Shown in pieces: positions 1 to 11,768 of a stretch of 64,000 nucleotides of DNA. Position 1 is the stretch's first letter. Every line of letters starts with the position of its first letter. The notes beneath the pieces were generated by a model, which did no database searches, was not told the DNA's origin, and was given only the letters and a program-made list of their open reading frames with translations. Made by a program: the position numbers and the translations under genes. Location: assembly GCA_025558095.1 (NCBI GenBank), contig JAIVFI010000041.1, positions 372,001 to 436,000 of the forward strand. Direction: 5' to 3'. This stretch comes from Hyaloraphidium curvatum SAG 235-1 (lineage: Eukaryota > Fungi > Monoblepharomycota).

Positions 1-2300
1 CGGCGATTGAGCATCTGCTGCTTCATGAAGTACTCCAGGTTCTTGTGGTCCGTGAAGACGTCGACTTTATGCGGGCTACCCTCGAGGTATCGCCGCCACG
101 CCTTGAACGCGTCGACAACTGCGAGTAGCTCCTTGTCGTAGATCGGGTAGTTGATCTCCGCCGGCTGGAACTTCCGGGAATGAAACGCCACGGGATGCAT
201 AAGCCCGTCGTTGGGGGCGGGCTGCGACAGCACGGCTCCGAGGGCGAAGTCGGAAGCATCTGCCTCAACTGTGTACGGAACGGCTGGATCGGCGTTACGC
301 AGGAACGGAGCCGAAGTGAAAGCGGATTTGAGCGCATCGAAGGCTGCGCGAGCTTCCGGCGTGAAACGGAACGGATCGCCCGGCTTGAGCTTAGTGAGGT
401 CCGTGAGCGGAAGTGTGATCTGCGCGTAGTCCTTGATGAAGCAGCGGTAGAAGTTGGCAAAGCCGAGGAAGCTTTGGAGCTGGCGAAGGGTCGCAGGCTC
501 GGGCCATGAGGTGATGGACTCGACCTTGGAGGGGTCCATGATGACCTTGCCGTCGCCCACGATGAACCCGGCGTACTCGACGGTCGTAACATCGAACGAA
601 CACTTGGAGAGCTTCGCGTACAGGTGGTTGTCCCGGAGGCGCTGCAGAACCTGGCGCACATGCCCCGCGTGATCGGCTTCGTTCTCTGAGAAGATCAAGA
701 TGTCGTCGAGGTAGATCGCGACGAAGATGTCGAGTACGTCATGGAAGATGCTGTGCATGAAGCGCTGGAAGATGGCCGGCGCATTCATGAGGCCCATGGG
801 CATGACGAGGTACTCGAACTGGCCGTAGCGGGTGCGGAAAGCCGTCTTCCACTCGTCTCCTTCGCGGACGCGAATCTGACGGTAGGCTTCGCGGAGATCC
901 AGCTTGGTGAAGATCTTGGCACGGGAGAGGCGGTCCAGAAGGTCGGAAATGAGCGGGATCGGGTAGCGGTCTCGCTTCGTGATCCGGTTGAGACCGCGGT
1001 AATCCTCGCAGACGCGAAGCCCGCCGTCCTTCTTCTTTGCAAAGATGACTGGAACCCCGCTCGGAGAATCCGAAGGGCGGAGACGCCCCGATGCGGAAAG
1101 CTCTTCGATGTGCTTCCGGAGTGCCTCGGATTCGACTTCGGAGAGGCCGTGGAGACGTCCAGAAGGAGGGACTGCCCCTTCTTCGAGTTCGATTGCGCAA
1201 TCGAAACCGGGACGATGCGGCGGCAGTGACGATGCAGGCTTGTCCGGGTCGAAGACGTCCGCGAAGTCGGCGTACTGCGATGGGACCGTGGGCTCGGCGG
1301 CGGCCGCGCTTGCAGCGCGCGCGGCGGGGTCGGAGACCATGGCGACGAAGATCTGTGCGTCCTTGCGCTCGCGACGCATCTCGGCGACAAACTGGCGCGC
1401 CGAGAGATTAGCGATCTTCACCTTAGGCGGCGGAGGCGGAGGTACTTCCGGAGGCGCGCCCCGACCGGTCCCATCGGCCGGGGTTGGCCTCGGCGGTTGT
1501 TCGTCGACCCCGCGGCCCAAGGGGACGGCCTGCGGAGGTCTGCCTGCGTCGCCCGATCCCATGGAAGCCGAAAAAGAAGCCGTGTGTGGGTATTCGGACT
1601 CCGTGATGTCCTCGAGGATGGTCCGGTCGCTGGCCTGGCTGGAGGCGGGGTCAGCAGCTGGGAGACATCCACCGGCAGAGACGGATACGTCCACCGGGGC
1701 CGCCCGGCTGGCGCCTTCAGCCGGGCTTGTCTTTGGCGGTTCCTGATCCGCCGCCGGAGCCTTAGGCGCGCTCAACGGCGGGGAAACTCCCTGTGCGAAC
1801 GGGCGAGGGATCCGCAGGGATCGACGGGACCAATCGAGCGCCGCGTTCACGAACTCGAGGTACGAGAGTCCGAGAACGACCGGAATCGACGCGCTGATGA
1901 TGTTGAAGCTGACTCCGACGGTAATGCCATCGGCTGTCAGTGCGACGGGCTCCGTCTCCTGGGTGACGTCGCCCGACGAAATAGGCCGCCCGTCCACCAC
2001 GTCGAGCCCGAAAGGCGTGGAGCGCTGCAAGCACGAGTATCCAACGCAGCGCGCGAAAGCCTCGTCCATGAAGCAGGCGTCGGCGCCGGAGTCCACGAGT
2101 GCGTCCACGATCCGAAGCCGGCCGTCCGGAAGCACGATGCGCACGGGAATGACGAAGGAAGGAACCGGGTCGGACCGGAGCAGAGGAAATGGCGGCCGCC
2201 CGGAAGACGCCGCCAAGCAAGGGGCACGGGAAAACTGAAGACTTGTATTGGCATCGCCAGCGTCGGAGGTGCCCCGGAATCCGAGCTGGCGTTTCAAAAA
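1..2300 (-). CDS. pol: Gypsy Pol (aspartic protease, RT, RNase H), in -1 frame relative to gag, runs off window
   Basis: Manual translation: VDALVDSGADACFMD (~2110-2065), AIYLDDILIFS (~720-690), EADASDFALGAVLSQ (~265-225), NYPIYDKELLAVV, FTDHKNLEYF. Absent from the ORF track because it has no stop in the window. Confidence 0.93.
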
Positions 2301-3487
2301 GACGACGATGCAGACTTGGCGGGGCAAAAGGCCTTGACGTGACCGGGCTGACCACAGTAAATGCAGAGCCCCTCGCGAAGGCGGCGCTGGCGCTCCTCCG
2401 GCGTCAGCTTGGCGCGCGACCCTGAGGACGCCGAGCCTGAAGCCCCGCCCGGCTGGCCAGATGCAGACGCGGAGCCCAGCACCATCGGCACGGGGCCGGA
2501 AGCACTTGCGGAAGGAGCTGCCGGAGAGACATGCGATCCGATGGGCACCGACTGCATCGCTCCGGGGTAGGGATACCCAGAGGTGGGCCGGTCGCGGCTC
2601 CGAGCTTTGCGCAGCGCAGCTTGCTGCTCGGAGAGGCGAACTTGAGCAGCAAATGCGATCTTCTTCGCTTCCTGGTACGTGCTGGGCTTCGAATGCTGGC
2701 CCATCTGGTTCACGATCTCCGCGGAGAGGCCAGCCAGGAACATATCCATGAACGTGGCATCACTGTAGCCCTCGACATCCGGCTTCAAGCTTTCAAATTC
2801 GACTGCGTATTCGGCCAGATGCCCGGGCTTCTGGACGAGTGCATGGAGCGCATTGACGGCGGAAGTGTGTCGAAGTGGCATCTGAAAGGTAGAGAGAAAC
2901 TCCTCGCGAAGCGAGATCCACGAGGGCGCAATCGTCCCGGAGCTGCTCTGCTGGGCAGCAAACCAGCGGAGCGCATCGCCCTTGAGAAGCAGACTGAAGA
3001 ACGCGATCTTTTGGGCGTCCGAGGCAAGCTCCGGCTTGAGCTCGAGCGCGTTGTCGACCTGCATCATGAAGTAACGGGTGCGTGCGTGATCGGTCCCGTC
3101 GAACTTGTCCGGGGTAGGCACGTTGATCGGTTTCGCGGTTGGGGCAGCAGCGGCGTGCTGGGGCAGGAACCCCATGCGCGCGACAGAGCCGACAAACGCG
3201 TCCGTGAGCGCAGCGGCGGACACCGAAATCGGAGCAGACAGAGGAGCGTGCTGCGCGACGTGGGTTGCTTGGGAAGCGCGGTAGGTGGCGACTTGGGCAC
3301 GGATCGGGAGCGCGATGAACTCGGGCTGAGCGTCGCCGAGGGCGTCCAAGAAGCTGACGAAAGCAGCACGCTCCTGCGGCTCGAGGGTATCAAGGAAAAC
3401 CCTTTCGCGCTCGATAAGGACTTCGACGGGAGTCTGGGGGTCCGGGGTCGCGGAGAGGAGATCGCGGAGAGCGTCGGCGCCAGCCAT
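2294..3487 (-). CDS. gag: Gypsy Gag with zinc knuckle
   Basis: PDKFDG...LLKGDALRWF retrotransposon-gag motifs; CIYCGQPGHVKAFC. Confidence 0.93.
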   Translation of the reverse strand: MAGADALRDLLSATPDPQTPVEVLIERERVFLDTLEPQERAAFVSFLDALGDAQPEFIALPIRAQVATYRASQATHVAQHAPLSAPISVSAAALTDAFVGSVARMGFLPQHAAAAPTAKPINVPTPDKFDGTDHARTRYFMMQVDNALELKPELASDAQKIAFFSLLLKGDALRWFAAQQSSSGTIAPSWISLREEFLSTFQMPLRHTSAVNALHALVQKPGHLAEYAVEFESLKPDVEGYSDATFMDMFLAGLSAEIVNQMGQHSKPSTYQEAKKIAFAAQVRLSEQQAALRKARSRDRPTSGYPYPGAMQSVPIGSHVSPAAPSASASGPVPMVLGSASASGQPGGASGSASSGSRAKLTPEERQRRLREGLCIYCGQPGHVKAFCPAKSASSSF

Positions 3488-3552
3488 GCTGCACCGAGGG
3501 CGAGGTCACGGGGAACGGGAAACGTGGATTCAGGGTTGGAACGTCGTCAAAC

Positions 3553-3683
3553 TGTCAGGACGGGGCGCGGGGGACCCGTAAAGACCTGTGTTGACGACGT
3601 TGAGGAGTCACTACACAGCACTGCGCCTAGTCTTCCCTCGCCGGGGACCACCGTCCCCCTTGCCCCGACGCCGGCGCGTTACA
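3553..3683 (-). repeat. 5' LTR of Gypsy element (~131 bp)
   Basis: Minus strand reads TGTAAC...TGACA; host coding sequence resumes at 3684; second LTR not in window. Confidence 0.75.
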
Positions 3684-3684
3684 G

Positions 3685-3816
3685 CTGCCTGTCACCTATG
3701 GTTTGGCCAAGACGATCGCCGTGACGCTGCTGACATTGGTGGTCGGGTGCTGGAGCATCTTGCGCGGCTTCGGAGTGTACGTGACCTTGCAGACGTATTG
3801 CCCGGCGCCGGCATAG
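3685..3816 (+). pseudogene. C-terminal end of a 7TM GRL-like family gene interrupted by the Gypsy element
   Basis: LPVTYGLAKTIAVTLLTLVVGCWSILRGFGVYVTLQTYCPAPA* aligns with the C-termini of the ORFs ending at 15746, 47257 and 51374. Confidence 0.8.
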
Positions 3817-3901
3817 GGCGCCCTGGTGGACTGACGCAGCAGAACAGGAGCTTTGCTTTGGACTATTGAACATGGTCGAGCACCGCACGGGCAATATCGT
3901 T

Positions 3902-5793
3902 CTATCGCGTGCGAGACACCAGCGAATCCAAAGCGCATTCGATCGAGTCGGGCGTGTGGGCCAGCATCGCTGCAGGGGTTGCGACAAGGAGGTCAAAGAG
4001 TGCCTCGGGATCCTCCGCTTCGAACAGCTGTCCGGTCCCGTGCTGCGCGGTCCGCATCCAAAGAATCCTCCCGGCCGGGTACAGGCGATGCCGCGAAGGG
4101 GCGGGCCTGCGCTCAGGCCCGAATGCCGCCTCCTCCACGGCCGACCGCGTTCTGCAGAACCACGTCGCATGCTCGTCGAGCTCCGACCCGCCAGTTCCCG
4201 GCACTGACATGGCATCGTCCCGCGCAAGGGCCTCATCAGCGCACCCGAGGTCATGCACGGCGTTGATGAGCCGTTCTGCGTCCATGACGGTCGCCGCCGA
4301 AAGCCTCGAGATCAGGTCGTGGTCCGTGACGAAGCTGGTCACGGTGCCCCTCAGTTCCCCGGACACGCCGAGCGAGACCACAGCAGGTGGGCCGAAAGCC
4401 ACCACGCGGACGTCCGTGTCGATCTCGGGGGCGAGCAGGGCGCCCACGAGCGTGGCGATCGCCGCGCCGAGAGAGTGCCCTACCAGGACGATACGGAAGC
4501 CGGGGTTGGCATCCATCAGGGCCTGGAGGCCGATCATGAACGGCGACGACGGCCGCGTGACGAGCTGGGCCACGGCGAGGAAGAACCCGTGCGCGTACCC
4601 TCCTCGGAAAGGCGCGCTGTCGGCCGCAAAGTCGCACAGCAGGTCCGTGATCCCCGCGCTCCCGCGGACGACAATCGCTATGAGCTTGTTGGGCGTGTTG
4701 CGGACAAAGTAGATGCTGGGGTAGTAGGTGCCCAGGCCGAGCTGGCCGGCAATGCCGAGAACGATCAATGTGGCGGTCGACGCCATGATCCGAGAGTTGG
4801 GTCCGAGGCGGCCCTGGCTGGCGAGGAATACGTGCGAGTGGCGACGATAAAGACGCCTTGGATCGGGGAGAAAGGTATTGGCGTCCAACGTCTGCCTCGT
4901 CGTGTTGCTCGGGCGAGGCAAAGGGGGCAGAATCCCGACCGCCCGCAGCAGGAAGCCGTAGAGGCGTCCGGCCACCAAAGGCACTCTCCCATAAGTGCCC
5001 ATCGTAACGCGAGCAAGTCGACGTAGCAAATGCACTTGGAAACCGACGTCCGCGGGGTCGGTGGAGTCCAGGAGCTCGATAAAGTCGGCCGGCAGCAGCG
5101 CCGGGCACTGGGTGATTCGGAGCTCGCGAAGCGTCGGTCTGCCCCTGATCAGGAAGGGTAAACTGGCTGTTCGAGAAGTTGAGGAGCGATCAAACACCTG
5201 CGAAGCCAGTCCTCCTCGGTCCGTCTGACGATCGCCATCCACGCCCGATACCGCCTGAAGGTCCGCAGCCAGCCCGATATTCCTCGGCAGTCCTCCAGCG
5301 CGACTTCGTTCTGCAGAAAGAGCCGGATGATGTCCTCGGCGATGGCGGCGGTGTACATCTGCGCGTCGAGCTCTTGGTCGGGAGACAGCGGGAGGCAGGC
5401 GCGGGCGTCCGAGAACAGGCGCAGCAGGGCATCGAACGATCCTCGAATTGGAAATGAAAGCATTCGCTCCATAACGTCGATGGCGTGACGGAGGGCGGTG
5501 ACGCACGCGAGACCGAGCGGGAACCAGGCCAGAGCTGTCTCCCAAAGGTCGAGGCACGTCCGCCCTCCGGCGAAAGGGAGGGAAACGAATCCTAGAGCAA
5601 CCTTCTTGAAGCACAGGAGGGACACCCGTGCCGCGGAAAGGAGGGCGGAAAGCAGAGGAAGCCAGGAACCGTCCCCGCCCCTGGCCGAGGCGGCGCGGGA
5701 GCGGCGGGCGTCCTCGCGTCCCGTGTCGGTCGATTCGCGGGCGGCCCATTCAGGGAAGTCGCACTCCTCGAGTGACAATTGAGGGAGTGACAT
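3902..5793 (-). CDS. Class 3 lipase-domain protein (multi-exon)
   Basis: VVRGS, AHGFF, GHSLGAAIA, FGPP, DLISRL and C-terminal His; exon boundaries approximate. Confidence 0.85.
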
Positions 5794-6083
5794 CGTGTTC
5801 GGCCCGGTCTTCAGTTCCGTCGGAATGGGCCGATGCGTCGAGTCATGCAGTCAGGAGCGCTGAGTCACCATCGACGTCGAACGAACGAGCAAGGGCCCCG
5901 CTTGGGAAGAGATGGCAAAGATTGGATTTAACTGAACCAACAGCTGCTTATTGCCGTCGTTGAGCTCCTGGTTTGGAGCTCAAGAGCAGAAATCAGTTCA
6001 ATTAGCTGTCGCGGCGCGAGGCGCGCCCTCCCGTCGCGACCGAAACAGCACCTCACATCCCCCCACCGCCCCCGCCCGCAGCC

Positions 6084-6933
6084 ATGGCCCGCCTCGCCTC
6101 CGCCGCCGTCCTCGCCCTTTTTGCCCTTTTCTTCCTTCTGGCCGCCGCCCCGCGCGCGTCCACGCTGCCGAACGACGCCGCCGCGAAGGCCTTCTGCCGC
6201 CGCAACTTCTGGACCGACGCGGTGCGCAGGCCGCCTCTCCGAGCTCCGTGCGAGCCCGCGGTGACTTTTCCGCCTTTTTCCCAGCCGGTGGTGTTCTCGA
6301 CGACCACGCAGACATACTACACGGTGCGCCCCACCGCCCCACCTGCGCCTCTTGGTCTCACCCGGGGCCCCGCGCGCGCAGACCTGGACCTACACCGTCT
6401 ACCTGCCCGAAACGGCGACCACGACGACCGACGGCTCTGCCTCGACCCTGGAGGTTCGTTTTCGGGGCGAAGATCCGGGTGCGCCCCGCGGGCACGTGCT
6501 TACGCTGCTCCCGCCGTTCTCGCCTTTCTCCAACCCGATCTCCCGGCGGTCTGCATTTTGTGAAGCCCGTGATCACCCCCACCATGACCGCCAGCACCAT
6601 CGAGCCCTCGATCTCCGCCTCGACCGCCGAACCCTCGATCACCGCCTCCACCGTCGAGGTATCCCTAGCTGCACGCCGCCACTTTGGCACCGATCTGACC
6701 TCGAGCCTCCTTCCTTCGCAGCCCGCGCCGTGCACTGCGGGCACCGAGACCCTGGTCGTCACCTCCGTCGTCGTGTCCACCGTCGAGGTCGAGGTCACGC
6801 TAACATCGCTCGCGTACCTGGAGGTCCCGACGACGGTCTTCGTGACGGAGGTGGGCATGCACGGCGCAAAAGGAGATGGGCAGACTGACACCGTCGAATG
6901 CTGCGCACGCAGACAATCTATGGGGCCCGTTGA
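6084..6933 (+). CDS. Secreted Thr/Ser-rich micro-exon protein, copy 1
   Basis: Signal peptide plus LPNDAAAKAFCRRNFWT; exons 6084-6221, 6285-6323, 6382-6453, 6566-6658, 6722-6850, 6913-6933; paralogues start at 31053 and 37168. Confidence 0.75.
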
Positions 6934-7180
6934 GGGGTGATCGGATGCCGTGAGCGTGATGCCGTTGGAGAGGTGGGCCTGCGCTGGGACGGCGGGCATG
7001 CGAGCTCCACGGCTAATTTCCCTTTCCCTCAGTACCCTATTCGATTTGGCTGGAGAGCGCTGGAGAGCATGGTGGATCTGGGAGGACAAGGACGACTGTA
7101 CAGTATTGCGTAGCTTAGTCAAGGATCCATACCGGGGGTAACTACTACATGGGAGCAACGACATAGATGACAGCTCGCTT

Positions 7181-8784
7181 TCAAAACCAGTGGAGGCCCG
7201 AATTCCTGCCGGGAACAGTATACCCCACCGCGCGCACACGGAGCAAGTGCCCTTCGGCTTCCCGCCGGACGGGGCAGTCCGGCTGGAGGGTGTCCAAAAG
7301 GCGCAGGAGGTGGCGCACAAAGTTCGGCACGGCAGAAGAGAAGCCCGTGGATGATGCGGAGCGGTACGCAACGACGACCTGGTGCAGAACGACCGCGGGG
7401 TTTCGAGGAGGAGAGAGGTGGCGAAGGATAGGCCCGCTCGATGGAGAGGTGGGGGGTTGCGAAGCAGCGGGTACGGCCTGTGCCCGACTCGGTGTACTCA
7501 AGGACCGCAGATAGGATCTCCTGTCGACCGGGCGCTGCGGCCGGAAGCGCGATTTCGACGGCGACTTGCCGCGCATCCTCGTCGAGGTAGAAGTCGCTAA
7601 TCGCAACCTCTCTCGGCGACGATTGCTCAGACGGCAATGTGCTCCAGATGTTCGTGATGCTCCCCTCGGTGGCTTGGGCGGGGATCCGCATGCGGAGTGT
7701 GCAGGCGGTGATCTCCTTCGCCCTGACCTTCGCGACGTCGAAGTTAATCAAGATGCTTGAGGAATCGTCCGTCACGGAGAACACGGTTGGATACCGGTCG
7801 GGGCTCGAGAGCTGCACCGTTCTGGACGCCCACGCCGTACGCCAGCAAAGTGACCGCCTTGCTCTTGCACATGGCTTTGAGCTCGCAGACGGTTTCCGTC
7901 GGCAGCTCATCGTCCGAATCCGTAAACAGGAGCACACGGTTTGCAGCGCGCCTGGTCCCCGCAGCGGTGCGGGCTCGGATCAGCCCAAGGCCGCGACGCA
8001 CCCCGCGGAGGATGTCGGTCCCGGAGCCAGTCTCGAGCGAATCAACGAGCTCGATCACGCTCGTCTTGCCCGCAGCATCCATCCGCGTGAGCCCCGAAAG
8101 CAGGTCCGCGCGGCTGTCGAAAGCGACAACTGCCAACCTGTCGTCCTCCGACAGTGTGTCCGAGACGATGTCGCGGAGGGCGTCCTTAACAAACCCCATC
8201 CGGCCGTCGGCTACCATGCTTGAGCTACGGTCCATGACGACCACAAGGTCGATTGCCCGGGCACGAACGGATTGCGGGGCACAGATTCGGGCCAGGGCCG
8301 AGACCCGAACCTCGCCCAGGGCCGACAGCGCAGAGAACTCGGCCTCCAACACTACCGGGTCCGTTGGTGGAACAGTCGTGGCAACGGCTGTCACGCCGGC
8401 CAAATCGACAGCACTATCGGCGGCGTCGAGTCCGAGCTGCTGGGGCATGCGCACCTCGCCGCCCGTCCACCAGTTGGCGCCGATCGACTCATCTTCGATA
8501 CGAGGTACGCGACGAGCCTGCGGTGTGCGAGGTGCTCGGGGGGTATCGGGCGCCGCAAGCCCTGCGGCCGGGGTGTTGCCCGACGGGCTGAGGCCGAGCC
8601 GCTGCCGGCACATCGGGCACGTGGCAAGCGCGTCACTCTCCAGCAGCCGCCCGAAGCAGCGGTAGTGCATCGCGTGCCCGCAGCCCGACTCGACTATGGC
8701 GCGTCCGCCGCGGTGCTGGAGATCCGTGAGGCAGATGGGGCACGCGTCGGGCTCCGCGACGCGGCCGGGCGCTGCGATGGGCAT
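7181..8784 (-). CDS. RING-finger + von Willebrand A domain protein (probable E3 ligase)
   Basis: CPIC...CGHAMHYRC...CPMC RING-H2; DLVVVMDRSSSM MIDAS, GTD, LLFTD; introns in the 3' part. Confidence 0.85.
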
Positions 8785-9073
8785 GTTGTTTCCCTCGGGG
8801 TTGAAGGGCGCGGTGGTCGGTTCAGACGGCGGGCCAGGTGTTCGCGACCGGGCGGACGAGAGATGCAACGCGTAACACACAGCATTTTCGCGGTCTAGTA
8901 GCGTGCTTTTGTGAGCCTCCGCGTCGGGGCTCGGCGGTCGGATGCCTCGTGCAGTCGCCGCTCGTGCCTCGCCACACGTTGGGCCCAAAGCCCCGACAAC
9001 CTCCGACACTCACGCGCGCGCCAACAGAAGCGCGTCAGCCTGCAATTATGTCGCAATCCGGGCCGATTGAACA

Positions 9074-9170
9074 GATGGGGCGTGCTGGGCGATCGATGCG
9101 GAGGAGCAGCCGGCGTTCGGCGAGGTGGCGGACGGGCTTGAAGACGATCCTGGACGCGGTTTATGCTAAG
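9074..9170 (+). pseudogene. Degenerate protein kinase C-terminal fragment
   Basis: CWAIDAEEQPAFGEVADG/LKTIL with a frameshift; similar to 15587-15670 (RCWAFEPAARPAFGEVADKLKAVL). Confidence 0.6.
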
Positions 9171-9653
9171 GTCGTGGGATCTGTCGTTCTATAGAGGCAC
9201 TTTGCATGCGATGCAGGTGCTCTTAATGTTTCCGTTCTGCTCATTGGATTTTGATGAGGCTAGTCGCGCAACTACAGGCACGGTTGTCGATGGACTCGTA
9301 CGATCGGTCGGCGGTTGAGGCCGATCGCATGACCGCTCCGCCCCCATCCTCCTTGGGCCCTTCCGCGCTGGCCCTTGCCCCCCATTGCAGCTAAGCGCGA
9401 GGCTCCCCGAAACTGCCGTCATGAAAGAAAAGCACCCCTCTGTTCTCCGGGACCCTCCTTCCTTCCCTTCGCTCACCCAGAAATCGTCGCATCCGGTTGA
9501 AAACATAAGGAAATGCAAGGTAAAGTAGCACGCAGGAGATTGCAGCAAAGAAGTCCACGAAACCCCGAACTATAAGCATCGGGTTCTGAAGGATCCACTC
9601 TGGGCAGAAAATACCGAGCTTGTAGAGGATGATGACATGGAGGATGATCTTCG

Positions 9654-10121
9654 CTACGACGACTGTACCCTATTTCGGACGAGATGAAAAGTCAGCACGG
9701 TCGACCGCCGGCTCGAGTCGCGAAACACCCGTACTTTGTCGTCTGAGCTGGGAATAGCAAAACGGAAGAACACGGTGCCGGCCGTCTCCCACCAGTCGGC
9801 TGCCATGTAGCTCAAGTCGTCTTCGAGAATTGGCGGGGCAGCTTCCGGACGAGGATCTGCCCGAGATGCCGGCGGAGCCCGAGGTGCCGGTGGAGGCCCT
9901 GCGGCCGGGGTGTTGCCCGACGGGCTGAGCCCGAGCTGCTGCCGGCACATCGGGCATGTCGCGAGCGCGTCGCTCTCTAGCAGCCGCCCGAAGCAGCGGT
10001 AGTGCATCGCGTGCCCGCAGCCCGATTCGACTATGGCGCGTCCGCCGCGGTGCTGGAGATCCGTGAGGCAGATGGGGCACGCGTCGGGTTCCGCGACGCG
10101 GCCGGGCGCTGCGATGGGCAT
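9654..10121 (-). CDS. RING-only paralogue (near-identical N-terminus to 8784 gene, no VWA)
   Basis: 9897-10331 is near-identical to 8560-9007; same MPIAAPGRVAEPDACPICL start. Confidence 0.65.
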   Translation of the reverse strand: MPIAAPGRVAEPDACPICLTDLQHRGGRAIVESGCGHAMHYRCFGRLLESDALATCPMCRQQLGLSPSGNTPAAGPPPAPRAPPASRADPRPEAAPPILEDDLSYMAADWWETAGTVFFRFAIPSSDDKVRVFRDSSRRSTVLTFHLVRNRVQSS

Positions 10122-11768
10122 GTTGTTTCCCTCGGGGTTGAAGGGCGCGGTAGTGGGCTCAGACGACGGGCCAGGTGTTCGCGACCGGCCGGACGAGAGA
10201 TGAAACGCGTAGCACACAGCTTTTTCGGTCTAGTCGCGTGCCTTTTGTGAGCGTCCGCGTCGGGGCTCGGCTGTCGGGCCTTCGGCGGTGCTTCGCCACA
10301 CGCTGTGCCCGAAGCCCCGAAAACCTCCGACGCTACGTATACATACAGAAGGAAAGAGATGACGAGAATCCAGATTCAAAACGCGCCAAAGTATCCTCAG
10401 AGCCATATTCGGCCGTATCGACTAGAATTCATCGCAAGATGGCCACCCGCGGCCACGTCTTGGCGGACGGGACGCGCCGCTCCCGCGTCGGCTTCTCCCG
10501 CGCCTTGCGCAGCTCCTCGGGGCGCTCGGGCAGAGCTAAGCCCCTTCCCTCCCCCGTGCCATGCTACGCCAATCAACCTCGGATCCAGTGTTTCTTTGAC
10601 CGCGTGCGCTTCATCGGGCAACTGCTCGTGTGGCTCTTCGAGGGGACCGTCCTCTTCCTGAGGCCAGGCCGCGGCGACAACGTAACAACCTTTGCGATGC
10701 TCGCTGCCCTATAAGGTCTGAACTGCGCGCCCCCACTAGAACGAGATCATCGTGCGCAAAGTCATCCTCATCGCCATCATCGTGTGCAAGTTGCTGTTTG
10801 TTTTCCCTGAAACCGCCATCTACCGAATCGTTTGGAGCTTCACATCGATGCCAGCGGTCGTGGCACGGAGCCCTCAAGCTCCGCCGGCCGAGGCGCGGAT
10901 CCCTCCGTCGGCTCCAGCCTCGGTCAAGCCGATGGTGTCTTTCATCCTGGTCCTGCTTTCTTTGGCAGCTTTTGTTGTTCTGCTTCTTGTAGACATCGCC
11001 AGTTTCTGCTCGGGCGTCTTCCCCGAACCACCGCTGTCGAGGTCCTGGGCGAACCTTGTCATTTCGTACGTGATACCTTTCCTAGCATGGATCAGCATGC
11101 CCGCACGGAGGCCGCAAAGACGAGCTCGGCGATCACCGGCGGCCGTCAGGTTGCGAGCAAGGAACCGGAAATGGGCGCTGCAAACCCGTAAAGTAGCGGT
11201 GCGTTGGCCGTGGCTGTTGTCGTGTTGTCGCAAGGTCGAGGTAACCGGTGGTCGCAGATGAAAAAGAGATTGGCCAGGGACGCAGCCCAGTCGCTGAAAA
11301 ATGGAGGAAGTGAAGGTGCATTTAGACCGGCGGTTGCCAAGGAGACCATGCAAGGCGGAGGTCGAAACCACGAACAGCAGCAGCATACCCATGGATCGTT
11401 ACCGAGAGCTGAGCCATAGACGAGAGATAGATTGATTCGTTGTGCCGCAAGGAGTCTTGCCGGGCGCAATAGCGAAGGAAGTGCTCTTGCTTGGCCGGGC
11501 TTTCGCTCCGATGGTCCCGCTGCACAGCCCAGTCACATTCACAAGTCGGCCGCACTTGCCGGCCAGGGCTTTGTCGTTGGCGTGGTGGCTTTTTGTCCAA
11601 CGGATATAAGAAGACCGGAAAGCGAGAGTGATTTCGCCGCAAGCCGCTCATCATTGAGTCGTGGCGCGACGTAGCGCGAAAGGCCCCGTGGCTCGAAGGC
11701 CCCAACCTGAAGTCTCGACACTCACGCTGCCGGAGCGTCCCCGTGCCGCCACAACTGCTCCGACCACC

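Larger units (their letters stand above)
1..3683 (-). mobile_element. Ty3/Gypsy LTR retrotransposon (5' LTR, gag, PR-RT-RNaseH; 3' part outside window)
   Basis: Gag with CCHC knuckle; pol in PR-RT-RH order with DSGA, YLDD and ADASDFALGAVL motifs; TG...CA LTR upstream of gag. Confidence 0.95.

Noticed and set aside
10439-11261. Hydrophobic ORFs suggesting a membrane protein
   Set aside because: Weak codon bias, no consistent gene model, no GRL family motifs
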